Shown here one piece after another: positions 1 to 12,560 of a stretch of DNA of 64,000 nt. A program made the translations under genes and the position numbers. The notes beneath the pieces are model-generated. The model was not told the DNA's origin and searched no databases. It saw only the letters and a program-made list of their open reading frames with translations. Numbering within the stretch: position 1 is the stretch's first letter; every line of letters begins with the position of its first letter. The stretch is from Carcharhinus amblyrhynchos (Eukaryota): contig OZ336870.1 of assembly GCA_965287045.1 (NCBI GenBank), forward strand, positions 111,848,001 through 111,912,000, read 5' to 3'.

Positions 1-892
1 GTTTATTTCCTGTTTGAGTACAGTTGGCACCTTCTAAGTGGGAAATTCCGTGGCTGCTCTAGCTCTGTGATTGGTGGAAACCTATTGTACAGTGTGTTTT
101 GGGCAGGAAGAATCAGATCAGAAGTCACTGGAAATGTTGCCATTAACAAGAAGCCTTGAAAAATATAGTAATGGACTTTGATTTAGTCTAGGTTGCAGCA
201 ATATCAACACTTTATTCTTATTTAATACACTACCAGCAGAGTGCTGGGGGGATGGGGCTGGTGATGGAAACTGGGGAGGTGGTAGATTTGAACATGGATT
301 CTTACTACACAATAAATTATAAGTTGTAGGGCCCCATAGAAGTTCAGTTATAACAACTTTCTCCCGTTCATGTAAAACTATGTGAAGAGTGGCCCAGCAA
401 CTGTATTCTGTTTGGACATTGAGGGTTAAATTTAATAACCACACCCCCCCCACCCCCCCAAATAGGAATTGGGTTTGTGGTATATAGTTAACCTTTGCGA
501 TTGTATTACATACAACAAGTCAACTGTGTGCTGCCATGCCTGCATTGGTCTTCAGAAGCGATGGTGCTGATCATTATTAAAATAAGCATTAGCTGAGGCC
601 ATGGCCAATGGTTGGGCTAAATGATTGAAGATGACAGTATCCCCAGACATAATACTTCTCATCTCATCCCACATTGTCTTCTGATTTGCAAGCTGCAGAT
701 GATGTAGGTAAACACCTCTTATTTCCCTCACTGTCCACATCACAATCTCACCCTTCTGCCTTTCTGCTCTCAGATACCCAAAAAGGTGTAAACTGGACAG
801 GAAGTGGAGGAGGAGCAAGAAGGCACTGAAGAGGAAGAGGGTCCCTCCCTTGACTTCCCTTGGCTCAGATGCTCACACTGCGTATAATTTAG

Positions 893-1164
893 AGTCATGA
901 TGTAGAGGTGCCGGTGTTGCCGGGTGAGTGTGTATAAAGTGCTTTTGAAGTGAATCTGTGATACCAGAGCAGAAAAGAAAGTTCATGCACAAATGAACAT
1001 CCATGATGTAGAGAACCTGATATAGATAGATGTGTCTTTATAAGCCCTTCTCTGATCAGAACCTTCCACACACCTGATGAAGGAACACCGTTTCCGAAAG
1101 CTTGTGGGATTACTATCAAATAAATTGGTTGGACTTAAAGCTGGCGTTGTGAGGCTTCTTACCG
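893..1164 (+). mobile_element. Penelope-like element terminal fragment (inverted terminus plus pLTR piece)
   Basis: cacctgatgaagga...ttccgaaagcttgtg...caaataaa...gttggact...ctggcgttgtgaggcttcttac resembles the recalled shark Penelope pLTR. agtcatgatgtagaggtgccggtgttg at 893-919 resembles its distal end in inverted orientation. Confidence 0.65.
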
Positions 1165-2001
1165 TAATATTTAGAGAACAGCATAGAGGTCAGGGCTGCA
1201 TGAGATGAGACACTGGGCATGAGTGGGATATTGCTGGGGCATGAGACTAAGATGGAGCAGGTGTCAGATTGCAGAAAACAAGGTCATATAGGAATTATTC
1301 TGCAAAGGACTCAGCTCGGATGGGACATCTATGGCCATTAGGAAGCCTGCCTGAAAGCCAGTGGTCAGAAAGCATGGGCTGATGTTCCAATGTTTATGTG
1401 GGGCAGTGGATGCTTAGATTGCTGCTATCATGTCTATGCATTCTAATATTCAAAGGGGAGATATTACAGCAATAAAGAAATCAACCAGCAGCTAACCTGT
1501 AAGCAACTCATGTTCCTTTAAATGGCACTGGTGCGAATCCTTTCTTACTGATGAAAACTTGTTCAGTTGTGCAAGCTTAAGAGCGTTGACCCGAGTGTTG
1601 GCACCAAAACCAGCATTGCAGACTGATGACAACCTGATCATAATTCCTGTGGTCAACAAGCATGTTCGTGCTGGTGCCCTCACCAAGTTAGAATCTGGCA
1701 TGATTTGCCCCAAAAGTGTGCACGTGCACCAGAGATTCCAACTTCTGGCTCTATTCTAAGGCTATTTGCAGTGCTGAAAAAGAGGCACAATTTATCCTAA
1801 TTTTTAGCCCAGTTTATCTGTTTATTTTAACATTTAAAGTCTCCAGTTTAATTCTTTGAAGGCATGTTTTAAATGAATGCTCCTAATTCCATGGCACCTG
1901 AGTATTGGACAAGGAGAGGGTGAGTGTGCACAAGGTGTTTTTGAAATGAATCTGTGATACCAGAGCAGAAAAGAAAGTTCATGCACAAATGGACATCCAT
2001 G
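922..2001 (+). repeat. 84-bp dispersed direct duplication (922-1005 and 1918-2001)
   Basis: Direct comparison: gggtgagtgtg...tgaatctgtgataccagagcagaaaagaaagttcatgcacaaatg.acatccatg; 6 mismatches in 84 nt. Confidence 0.92.
1071..1106 (+). ncRNA. Minimal type I hammerhead ribozyme motif (Penelope-associated)
   Basis: Stem I CAC (1071-73) / GUG (1104-06), core CUGAUGA (1074-80) plus an extra A, stem II GGAA/UUCC with a 6-nt loop, GAAA (1096-99), and a palindromic AGCU in place of stem III. Confidence 0.55.
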
Positions 2002-2047
2002 GCATAAAAAGCCATTTGTTGGGAACTTACTTCAATATTATGTAGAA

Positions 2048-2235
2048 GTTAAGAAAGACATGCATTCATACAATGCCTTTCATGGCATTGGAGGTACCCC
2101 AAGCATCCCCTAGCCACTACTATTTTATGAAATGTGGTGGCGGTTATAACCTAAGAAATGTGGCAGCCAATTTGCATACAGCAAGGTCTCACAAACCATC
2201 CCACTCATCTTCAAAGAGTGTCATGGGACCTATCA
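2048..2235 (-). mobile_element. Deu-domain SINE (SacSINE1-like) 3' fragment
   Basis: Reverse complement of the motif ...ccttgctgtatgcaaattggctgcc...aatgcatgtctttctt shared with the copies at 15045 and 22767. Confidence 0.6.
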
Positions 2236-2624
2236 GGGAGGGTGATTCTAACTCTCAGGATGGTGGACGCCATCCTGAAAATTCAGGCCATTGGTTTTTG
2301 GGTATTTTTGTAAGGTAACACTTGTTAGAGTGGTCTTCAGGTGATTGGAGGTTGTAATGTTCGGAGTGCAAAATGTACCAAAGGTTGATACATTCCATCC
2401 TGCCCAGGTACAGGGGCATAACCGTATTGGGAGATAGCACAGGTTACAGGTCATTTCAAAGATTAGTGGACTGCAGTGAGTAAATAACAACCGGTAGACA
2501 ACAGACAGAAAGAAGAGTCCAGGCAATGGAAGTGCTGCCATTCACTCCATGCTGATGATGTGTCTGGCTCACACAGAGACCCAGAAGCAGTTGTTAGCGG
2601 CACTGTGCCTGTGTTTCGATACTA

Positions 2625-3226
2625 TATTGTAGCCTGGCCATTACAGGGAAATGCAGTCTCAGTGGTAGTCAAGCTCATCTGGAAAAGAGAATCAGAAAGC
2701 TGGATCTGGGAGCAGATTTGAGAGCGATCTAGTCTAGTGTGAGTTTTGAGTGAAGGTTTTACTCATGGAGCTCGGTTGGAGTAGAGGGGTTGTCAGCTTA
2801 GGATCAGTTGGGAGTGGAGCAAAAATTCCTCTTGAAGACAACAGAGGTTTGAAGACTTTTGTGGCTCATAGTGAGGACTAACATCTGGGTGGGTTGCTGA
2901 TACATTTGTGGGACCTAACTTAGTTGTGTCTGCCATTTAATGTGCAGTTTGTGGTGTATCCAACCACAGTTTGTCTGTTAATTCATGGTTAGCTCATGTT
3001 AATTCTGTATGCCAGAGAATAAGATAAAGTATTGACTGTTTGTTGTTGATTTTTGTATGGTAAACTGCATATTCAAAACCATGGAATCTTGTGGCTTTAC
3101 TCTCAGTGTAAGCAACTGGAATTTCTAATTTTGTCTACTTCAATTAAAAAAAAAGTTACTGGTCCCTAATCAGATTTTAACAAATTTGTGGGTATCGTTT
3201 GGGAGTCTGGCCTGGAATCATAATGT
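2625..3226. mobile_element. Possible solo LTR
   Basis: About 600-bp unit starting near tgtag... and ending ...ctggcctggaatcataatg, resembling fish/shark Gypsy LTR ends; TSD not confirmed. Confidence 0.3.
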
Positions 3227-4317
3227 TAAGTATTAAAAAACATCAGAATATATACATTGGGAAGAGGCCATTGACCCATATTCCAGCCCTTCCATCAGAC
3301 GTTTATAATCTGCACTATTATGGATTCAACTCCACCCACTGAATCTCCTGAAGGATAATTCTGCCTAAATACCTCCTGATTCCATGCTTTTGAGATGTGC
3401 CATCGACCCTGGCTGTCAGCACTCCACAGATAATATCCCACTGGCCCCTGTAGCTCAGGAACCATAATTACTTCAATCTATAATTAACACTAAAACCTAC
3501 AATTTCAATTCCAACCAGATGTTTATCAAACTTCTTCTCCTGAAGGAACTAAATGACACAATGCCAGCTGTTGTCATTAAGAATTTTAGTCACATATCCA
3601 GAAGTATTTTTGTTTCGGGGGGGGGGGGGTGCAGATGGATTGGGGGGGTAGTATTTTCTAGTTTTGTTTCAGCCTTGTTTATTTTGAACTCATGCATTCT
3701 GGTTTTGTCTTCATAGTTCAAGTGGTAACAGCCCAATTAAAGTATAACGCCACCTATTCTTTCCTCAAGAAAAAAAATTAAATATACAAGGTCTCCAAAT
3801 GATGGGAAAGAAGTCCCCTTCATTTATGTGACAATCGCTTCCCAAACATGCATGCTGATTCTATTTGGCATTTTGAAAAACAGGATTTGTGTTTCCCTTC
3901 CACTTATGGTATCCAATGGCAGCCAATCGAGTTTTGCAAGTCTTCCATGAAGGTGAATTTCCACTCAATTGCCCAAATTGTCAACCATATTTTCAGCAAC
4001 AGACCCATGGGAATCCTGAGAGAACTGCGAAGATAGCTTTTACGTGGTTTATCTGGGAGTTCCACAGTACTCGCAACATGGTTACAGCAGGAGTGTTCCC
4101 ACATTGGTTCACCTCCCCTTTCTGAAAGCCCTAGGTTCAAAATCATTAGTAACACTTTTCTGTGAACTCTTACCAATGTCCTCTTGAAGGTAGGATGGCC
4201 AAAATGTCAAACATTATTGCAAATGTGGTCCCACCAGACATCCATACAAGGCTAAAATAGCTTGTTTGAATAACCAGGGTGAATGTTTGTCTTTCGTGTT
4301 AGTACTGCAGAATTATA

Positions 4318-4611
4318 GGGGGGAATTCTCCAACCTCGCTGCTCCATTATTAGACCAATGTTTCTGGCATGACTGGCTGTGAATGCAGCATTGGTGCTTA
4401 AATGAAGCTCCCCTTGTTGACAGCGCACAGCTGTGGCCATCTCAGGCAAGTCATGCGCCTGGAGACTCCATAATGGCGTGTTTCATGTGGTGGCAATGTG
4501 ACGTGTACTAAGTGTCAATGAATGGCAGTGTGGAGAACGCCAAGGAGACCAAAACAGATCACTCCTCTTTTCTAGCCACTATGACAGAAATACTTTGGGA
4601 GAATTCCGCCC
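4318..4611. mobile_element. MITE, non-autonomous PIF/Harbinger-like
   Basis: TIRs GGGGGGAATTCTCC ... GGAGAATTCCGCCC, with TA on both flanks. Confidence 0.75.
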
Positions 4612-4679
4612 TACTTTTGCCGTGAGGGCAGGTAGGAATCCTAAGGCCCAACTGATTTTCCAACCTTCTTCTTTAACAT

Positions 4680-5250
4680 TCCAGGCACACAATTTAACAA
4701 GTGCAAATTCATGAATACTCATCCAGTGTGCAAAGGTGCTGTGCTAAAAGAACTAACTATAAACATTTATCTCACAGACAAATACTCCTGAGATGCATCT
4801 CAATCGTTGATTAGCCTGGCTGCTGGCAATGCTGCATTTCATAGAAACGTGCAGTGAACGATCAATAATCAATCTTTTCCCATCTTTGCTAATAGAAGTC
4901 CCGTCATCATGCACAGATTTGTCACGCTGAGAGGAAATGTACAGATAATGAAATGAATGCCCTGTTCAGATGATGTCACAGACTTACAATAAATTCTGGA
5001 ACACACTTGGAAAGAGTCCTGTGAATGGGGAAAATAATAGCACAGCTTATGCAAAATAAATGCAGCATTTAATGTGTTCGCACATAAATCTGATTCAACT
5101 ACTCAGAACTTGTGTGGACTTGACCATATACAAATGCTAACATGCAAGTCAATCAGCAAGCACACTTTATAGCTGCCACACATAGTCAGATGTATTCACA
5201 GTCACATTGGATAGCAGCACCAAGTACAGAAATTCATTGTTCTGTTAAAG
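4680..5250 (-). mobile_element. Ancient CR1-clade LINE RT remnant
   Basis: Minus-strand frames give KSVTSSEQG (compare VTSGVPQG) and DRSLHVSMKCSIASSQANQRLRCI (compare QC..A.KKAN..LGCI); heavily decayed. Confidence 0.5.
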
Positions 5251-5987
5251 TGCAGAACATATAGAAAGCTAATCAGATGATAATAATAACACATTTCACA
5301 TATTACCCTTCATTTTATTATGCTGATCAAATAAACTCCATAAAATATTTTATATTTTTAGCTTTTTTAATGCATAAATTACATGGTATAAAGAAGGAAA
5401 ATGGGATTCTTGGCATTTCTATTCTTGGTTTCTTACTCGCAAATTAATAACATTTTGTGACATATGATAATTTTATTGAAATAGGAATTATAGTGCTTGT
5501 CCATGAGTCATGCTACAATCACATATTACACCTGGACAAATGTACAAATTATTTCAGTGCCTCAACATGGTTCATGTTTGACACTGAGACTAAGATTTCA
5601 TCATGGAAGTAGGAACTGAGAGCCAGGAACTTTCTCAGTATCAGGATTGTATCTCACCCAGAACATGGGGTTTTCATCCAGTGGAGGCAAAGATGGCCTC
5701 ATCAGATGGCTGCCTTGCAGCCAGGCAGTGCTGGAAAAGGCTGATGCTAAGGTGGCTAGGGTAAAAAGCTTGCTCTCTTTGTAGAGATATTGGTTCAGTT
5801 CTGCAGGTCAGTCCTTACCCTCTCATCCTTACCCCACTCACCAGCTCATTCCTCTTGAGCTAACCCTCCTCTCCACACTCCCCCAAAACAAATGCCTAGT
5901 ATTCATCATAAACTTAACTCAAAATCCTACAATAAAATCTGGAAGACGTTGAAAAGTTCATAGATAAGTCAAAATAAACAAATTTGG

Positions 5988-6300
5988 AGTGACACGGTAG
6001 CACAGTGGTTAGCACAGTGGTAAGTACTGCTGCCTCACAGCTTCAGGGACCTGGGCTCGATTCCCACCTTGCACATTCTCCCTGTGTTGGCGTAGGGTTT
6101 CTTCCAGGTGCTTTGATTTCCTCCCACAATCCAAAGATGTGCGTGTTAGGTTGATTGGCCGTGCTAAATTGCATAGGTTAAAGGGATTAGAGGGGTAAAT
6201 ATGTGCGGTTACGGGGATAGGGTCTGGGTGGGATTGCTGTCAGTGCAGACTCACTGGGCCAAGTGGCCTCCTTTGCACTGTAAGGATTCTGTGATTCTAT
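5988..6300 (+). mobile_element. HE1-type V-SINE (tRNA-derived)
   Basis: Head gcacagtggttagcac...ctgctgcctcacag with A/B boxes, V-domain ctcccacaatccaaagatgtg, CR1-type tail ggcctcc...gcactgtaaggattctgtgattctat. Confidence 0.88.
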
Positions 6301-9300
6301 GTAATATTACTTGTAAATTCATTTAAAACCAATTTCCTCTTCAGAAGCTTATACATCTGTAAAAATGAGCAAACATTACTTGAACATCCAGTGAACAATC
6401 ATTCAGAAGTTCATAAGCCTATGAAAATACCCAAGCTAATATTTCTCTGAACAACCGTGTAAACAAACCTTGCTGAACAGAATCTGTTGAAGCCTTTGAA
6501 GACAGCCAGAAGTTTGGATATCTGTCAAAGCTTTGATATAGCTAAACAGATTGCTGAACTGTTCATTAAAGATTTTGTGAACAGATAGCTAAGCTGAATG
6601 TCAAAGGAAAATATAAGCAATGGGACATTTCACACAATCAGCTCTAGATTTCAAACTGGGATAGTATTTTAATATTATTAAATGAAAAAAACACTGTATT
6701 TGATGACCTACACTAATGTATTTAAATGATTTTCCACATTCACATTCAAATTGGGCTAGATAGCATTTCACTATTATATAGTTGTCAATCTGATGATCAA
6801 TACTTTTTCACTTTCAAGGTGCTAGTCTTTTCCTTGACAGCTTACGAGTTGTCAGAGGTAACAACGTGAAAACCACATTATTTAGTAGTCACTTATCTTT
6901 TCAAATGACAGCATTGTCATCTCTCACAAACAAATACAACTTAGACTTCAGCATTCCGTAATGACATGTGAAGTTGGCAATACATTTTGCATTGGGTTTC
7001 TGCCTCAAAACAAAGGTTCTGAACAATACTCTGCTTGAGTGATTTACATCAGCTACCAAAACCCACCAGCTTCTAATAGAATCGTGGAAGTTCCAAAATG
7101 CCCACTTTGAAAATGTCAAGACAGCAGCATGCAAACTCCCAACTCGACTCTTTTCCAAATAGATGAAGACTACTGACAATGGAAATGGGGACGGGAATCC
7201 TAGATATGAGCCCCGGTCACATTTTCACAGCTTTTCCCATGTACTTTGGTTCTGTGTTAGGATGGGAAACTCCAATACTGAAGAAAGGAAAATGATCACA
7301 TCCATTATCAATGATGCCTGTGTTCCACTGATGCATGATTCAAACTGATCTATCAACAACACACAGCAAGTCTTTTCCTGAAAGATTTTCGTTGGCATTA
7401 AATCAAAATGCAAAATTGCTTTTAATTGTTGAGGTGGTGGGGGGTTGACTTTTAAATCAATCAATTTAAACCTTGCTTCCATTTGTAATGTCCCCTACAA
7501 ATAGAAAAATGGACCTTTGAGTCAATGAACCTCACTTGGCCAACACAGGAAATATCATTATAATCAGTACCATTTGTCAAAGGAAAATCAAGAGCTACAT
7601 TTTAAAAATGATTTGTGTGGCATTTGAAACATTGCATGCCTGAAATTTTACCTAGCACTTTACAAAAGCATTTCACATGTATCTTATATTGCAGTTTTAA
7701 AACATGAATTTTATGATTTTTTTTGTGTTGATCACAGTGAGGATCCTTGACTCTGTTCAATGGATCATTTCTCTGTTAGTGTCATGAGGGAGGCATTATA
7801 ACTGGGAGCACAGTTTAAACTGATTGACTTAAAAGTCAAACCCCTTACCACCGCCCCCCCATTCCCCTTCCCCCAACAATTTGAGAATTTGAGACTAGGG
7901 CATTTTTAACTCCATAAACAATATTTACATCCATCAGATACCTGCCTACTCTAAAGGGTGGAGACAATTGGCCAATTGCTGGTGAATGAATACTGGGTGG
8001 CCTCTCTGCACTGGCCTCTAGCAGTTGGGTAAGTCACAGGGTTAGTGGTTTCAGCAGGGACATGCAGGTGGGAGATGGAGAGTAGGGATAAGTGAGTGAG
8101 AGGATGACTGCCCTTCCTGGCTACACATAAAGGTAAGTTTGAAACAGCTTCTAAGACCTCCGCCTCCTCTTCAACAGGTTTTAATGAGCCTGATGTCTGC
8201 GATGATTCTAATGCTATCACATAACTCCATTTTGCATGTAATAATAAGGCTGCCTTCTGAGTCCGACAAGTGCCTGACCTCAATGGAAATGAAAATTGGG
8301 GAGATATACAAATAATGTCTGAATCCAATCGCTGGTTATACGTTATTGCCCAAGTTAAAATTGCCTCTGGTGATTTAAATCCAGTGAAACATTGACCTTA
8401 TGCTTGTGCATAACAGCAGTGCCGGGATACATTTTAGTTCCTGTTGTAAGTACCACTGGGTAAAATAAGAAATAACAATCCTTTTTTAAAAAATATTTCT
8501 GTGGTCTGTATTTTATTTCACAAAAATTGGACATGTAGTAGTGACATTGCGCTATGTTTCTCCTTCAATATATGGACTATTAACAGACTATTAAAGTATA
8601 ATCTTGTAGCCTTCTATTGTGTGTAAGGATTTTGTTTAATTTATTTTGACGAAGCAAATTATGAGATCAAAAGAACTCCTATCTATATTGACAAGTGATT
8701 AATCAAGTACCAGTCCCAAAGACTCAGTACTTCTGATTCTTCAGTGTACAGATTTTAGGAATTAATTAATGGAAATCCCCAGCAGTCAATTTATGGATAT
8801 ATTATATTGAAATAATCATTTTAATTACTAATTTGAAAGGTTTAAGTATGACTTTGCATCCTGGGATAATTAAAATTCAGTATTTCCATCTTTCAATTTA
8901 AGGTCCCAAGGATAGATTACTTTTAAAATTGATCACAAGCAGAGCAGATATTTTATATTTTGTCAATTGTAAGTGCTCCGTTTGGGGTGCTTTGTCCTTG
9001 ACCTGCCCAGCAAGGGAGATGTTTTGATTTGCAGCCTCACTGCGATTGAAGTTAGCCAGTTTCAGGAATGGATTTTAGTGAAATATTGGGTGCCTGAGCC
9101 ATTAAACCAAAGCTAACTGCATTTTTGTTTCAGAGAAATGTGCTACTTTCAATGATAAAATCTCTTTTTATGTATTTCGAGAGTGACTTAAACAATTCCC
9201 ACTTTCACTCTTTCAAAATACATTTACTGCAGCAAGTTAAATGTTAAAAAATGAGGTTGCATCTTCCTAAATATCCTTTACAAATATAAATGCATTTTGG

Positions 9301-9957
9301 ATATTTGTTATTCAATAATGAAAACATCTAAATAATTGAGATTATTAAATTTGTGCGAACGTTATCATACCTGCTGCTTTCTGATGTAATTGCTATTTTG
9401 CAGAGGGGTATAGGCATTTGGATTTTGGGGTAATTCTTGACTGCTGGACTTATGATAGCATGCGGTAGTCTGTCCTGCTGTCTCCAAGAATTAAAGATTA
9501 ATGATCTTCACATTTCTGTGAGCAACACAGGAGAACAATCACAGCAACACTAAATTATCTGTGTATTTTTTAAAGATTTTCTTTGAATATTTTTGCTTAT
9601 TAATAGTAAACATATTGGAAACTGATAAAATGCTGTTTGACTGAGCTGAGAGGTCATGTGATGAAGCCTCCAAGGATACATCCATCCATTGTTGGAAGCC
9701 TTAGCTTGGGCTGCATCCATTATCCAAATTAATTAGCTCAGGATAAGAACATTTTGCAGTATAAAGTGGATTTATTTACATTAGGATAGCATATTCTTTG
9801 GAAGTCAAAATCATAATTCTTATTCATGCTCATTAGACGAAACTGCTTCTAGATTTTCATCTGACCATATGCCTGAGTGTGGCTTCTACCACATGCTATG
9901 TTCTTGCTAACATGATTTGGCAGTCAAATGATTTGGATGGTAAAAACAATGCAACAG

Positions 9958-10122
9958 AATAGAACCATAGAATCGCTACAGTGCAGAAGTCCATTCAACC
10001 CATTGTGGTCTGCACCGACCACAATCCCACCCAGATCCTTATTCCCTTAACCCCACACATTTACCCTGCTAATCCCTCTGACACTAGGGTCAATTTAGCA
10101 TGGCCAATCCACCTAACCTCAT
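9958..10122 (-). mobile_element. HE1-type SINE 3' half
   Basis: atagaaccatagaatc...tacagtgcagaag...aatttagcatggccaatccacctaacc is the reverse complement of the HE1 3' part. Confidence 0.85.
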
Positions 10123-11034
10123 AGCACCCAAAGTTGCATGAAGTTTTGACTTTCTGAATTCTTCCTGTAATTGCTAACAACACAAGCGTCAAATTGAAAC
10201 TGCCTGTAGATCACTGACTTTGGCTGAAATTAGCAGAGCTTCTGAATCTGTAAATAAAGGATGTTTATTTACTGAATTGCGTTAAGTAGCCAACATGATT
10301 AATGTGTTTTAATTTGAAATTGAGTCATGTGATAATGATAAATAATTAGCACCAGTTTTACAAAGTTACAGTTATTCGGGACAACCACAGGCTCTGTTGG
10401 ACAAGGACAGTTATTTCTTGAGGTGCCTGTCCACTCCTAATCTAAACGTGTACAGATTTTCAATGCAGAAAAAAATCATTTGGTTCATTGGGCTCATGCT
10501 GGTTCTTGGCCAATGCTTTCCAAAATGAATCCCACTCCTGTGCTTTCTCCAAGAAACATTGAGTCATTCTCTGGCTTAAATATTTATCAGCTCTTGCCCC
10601 CTTCACCTGATTTTCTCCCTATGGTAAAGTATTCCCAGCTTCAATAATTCTGCGTGAAGATATTTTTTCAAAATTCTTTCCCTGTGCTTCTTACGGTTCT
10701 TTTAAATTAATGATCTTTTCTTATCAAATCCCGAGCTAAAATAAATGGAGGAGACCATTTTAATGAGGAGCACTTTTTCTCGATGCTGAGGAAGAGTGCC
10801 TTTCTGCACCCGGTGGTCTCCCACATCCTGCAGATTAAATGCTACGCAAAAATAGACGGAAAAAGGCAACTGATGGCAGGCAGTTAGAAAATGTTATGCC
10901 AATGACTAGGAGGTAAATGATGGAGAAGGATTCCCAGCAGAATCTCATAAGAATGTAGGGTTATGGGTGGGATTATGGGGGCATCTTGGGACCAAAACTA
11001 CCCTGATTCCTCAAGTTTAAGACATTTACGACAT

Positions 11035-11343
11035 GCGGTAGCACGGTGGCACAGTGGTTAGCACTGCTGCCTCACAGCACCAGAGACCCGGGTTCAATTC
11101 CCTTCTTGGTCATCATCTGTGCGGAGACTGCACTTTCTCCCTGTGTCTGTGTGCGTTTCCTTCGGGTGCTTCAGTTTCCTCCCACAGTCCAAAAGACACG
11201 CTGGTTAAGTGCATTGGCCATGCTAAATTCTCTCTCAGTGTGCCCGAACAGGTGCTGGAGTGTGGCGACTCAGGGATTTTTACAGTAACTTTATTGCAGT
11301 GTTAATGTAAGCCTACTTGTGACTAATAAATAAACTTAAACTT
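11035..11343 (+). mobile_element. V-SINE with HE1-like head and an alternative tail
   Basis: Same tRNA head and V-domain, but the 3' end reads cccgaacagg...cagtaact...gcagtgttaatgtaagcctacttgtgactaataaataaactt. Confidence 0.85.
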
Positions 11344-12454
11344 ACCTTCTGTGGCCTTTTCAGCCTTCAGAAAAATTCTCATTGAATGGGGAGGTTGCGG
11401 TGGGCACCCTGCTCAGATTGCGGCTATCTGTTATTAATGAAATAAAAACCCGATTTACAAACATGTAGGTGATGCCCATATGATTTAGGTGGCTGCCTCA
11501 TGTATTGCCAAGAAGTGCAGCGTCAGATCCCTGCAGTACAGATGATTGACCTGTTCACTTTCAATTCCCCTGGGCTGAGCTATTTTCCCTAATGTCTTTC
11601 TCCATACACAGAATGAAAGCCCCTTACAATTTTAAAACCAGCTATTAAATTTCCTCTTGGATTCCCATACTCCAGCAAAAAGGGTTCAAATCTCACCTCA
11701 TCAAAATAGTTTCCTATTTCTGGTGAATCTACAATGTGTATTGTCTATGGTTTTAATGTCATCTTGACAATGGGGGGCCTGAAACTGAAAATAATATTCC
11801 TAACCATTGTCTTGTATAAATTTATAATTTCCTCTTAGCTCTTTCACTGTGTGGATCGATAAATAGAATTGGCCTTTTTTATGACTTTATTTGCTGGCGC
11901 TCATAACATCAAAGAAGACTGCACTTCATCTACTTTCTATTCCTGCATAACGTTCAGTGTCTTTACATCAAACTTTAGAGGACAAGGTTCCTGATTAGGG
12001 GCATCATATCTGCATTTGAATTCCAACTTCAACTTTGTTCATCTTTTGTATTGAAAGAGTTAATCCCTGCATGAACCGGTGTGGTCGTTAGATAGGTTTA
12101 ATTGGATCAGTGATGCTGTTTGAACTGAGTGACAGATAGCCACTTAGAAAATACAATGCTTAGTGAAATTGCAGACAACTTCCCTTTTGCTCTTGAGTGC
12201 CTTCCGTACTAAATTATGGCACTTCATTGTAACATATGAAGTAACATTATGGAAACATAGCTGCACTGTGAAATCGTTACCGTGCCAGAAGTTCATGATT
12301 AAGAAGAATCCTTTCCCTAGAAATCCAGGGCTTTCCTTCAATATTATCTGAAATAAACCCATTTGATCAGAATTTAGGAATCTGATAGATTGAAAATAAT
12401 ATGAAACATGTTTCTTCAGTATAATAGTATAAATCTCATTCTATTTCCAATTGT

Positions 12455-12560
12455 CTTCATCTCTGACAAGGGGTCATCCAGACTTGAAACATTAGCTCTG
12501 TTCTCTCTCCACAGATGCTGCCAGACCTGCTGAGATTTTCTAGCGTTTTCTTTTTTTGTT
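12455..12560 (+). mobile_element. Penelope-like terminal fragment (second family) with a decayed hammerhead motif
   Basis: ctgacaaggggtcatccagacttgaaacattagctc...ctctctccacagatgctgccagacctgctgag...ttctagc; homologous to the arms at 27600-27935. Confidence 0.6.

Noticed and set aside
540-1790. Acidic or Myb-like coding fragments around the Penelope insertion
   Set aside because: Probably further Harbinger-derived debris, but too decayed to annotate with support.
5988-6070. tRNA-like sequence (also at other SINE heads)
   Set aside because: A/B boxes belong to SINE heads; there is no complete cloverleaf and they continue into SINE bodies.
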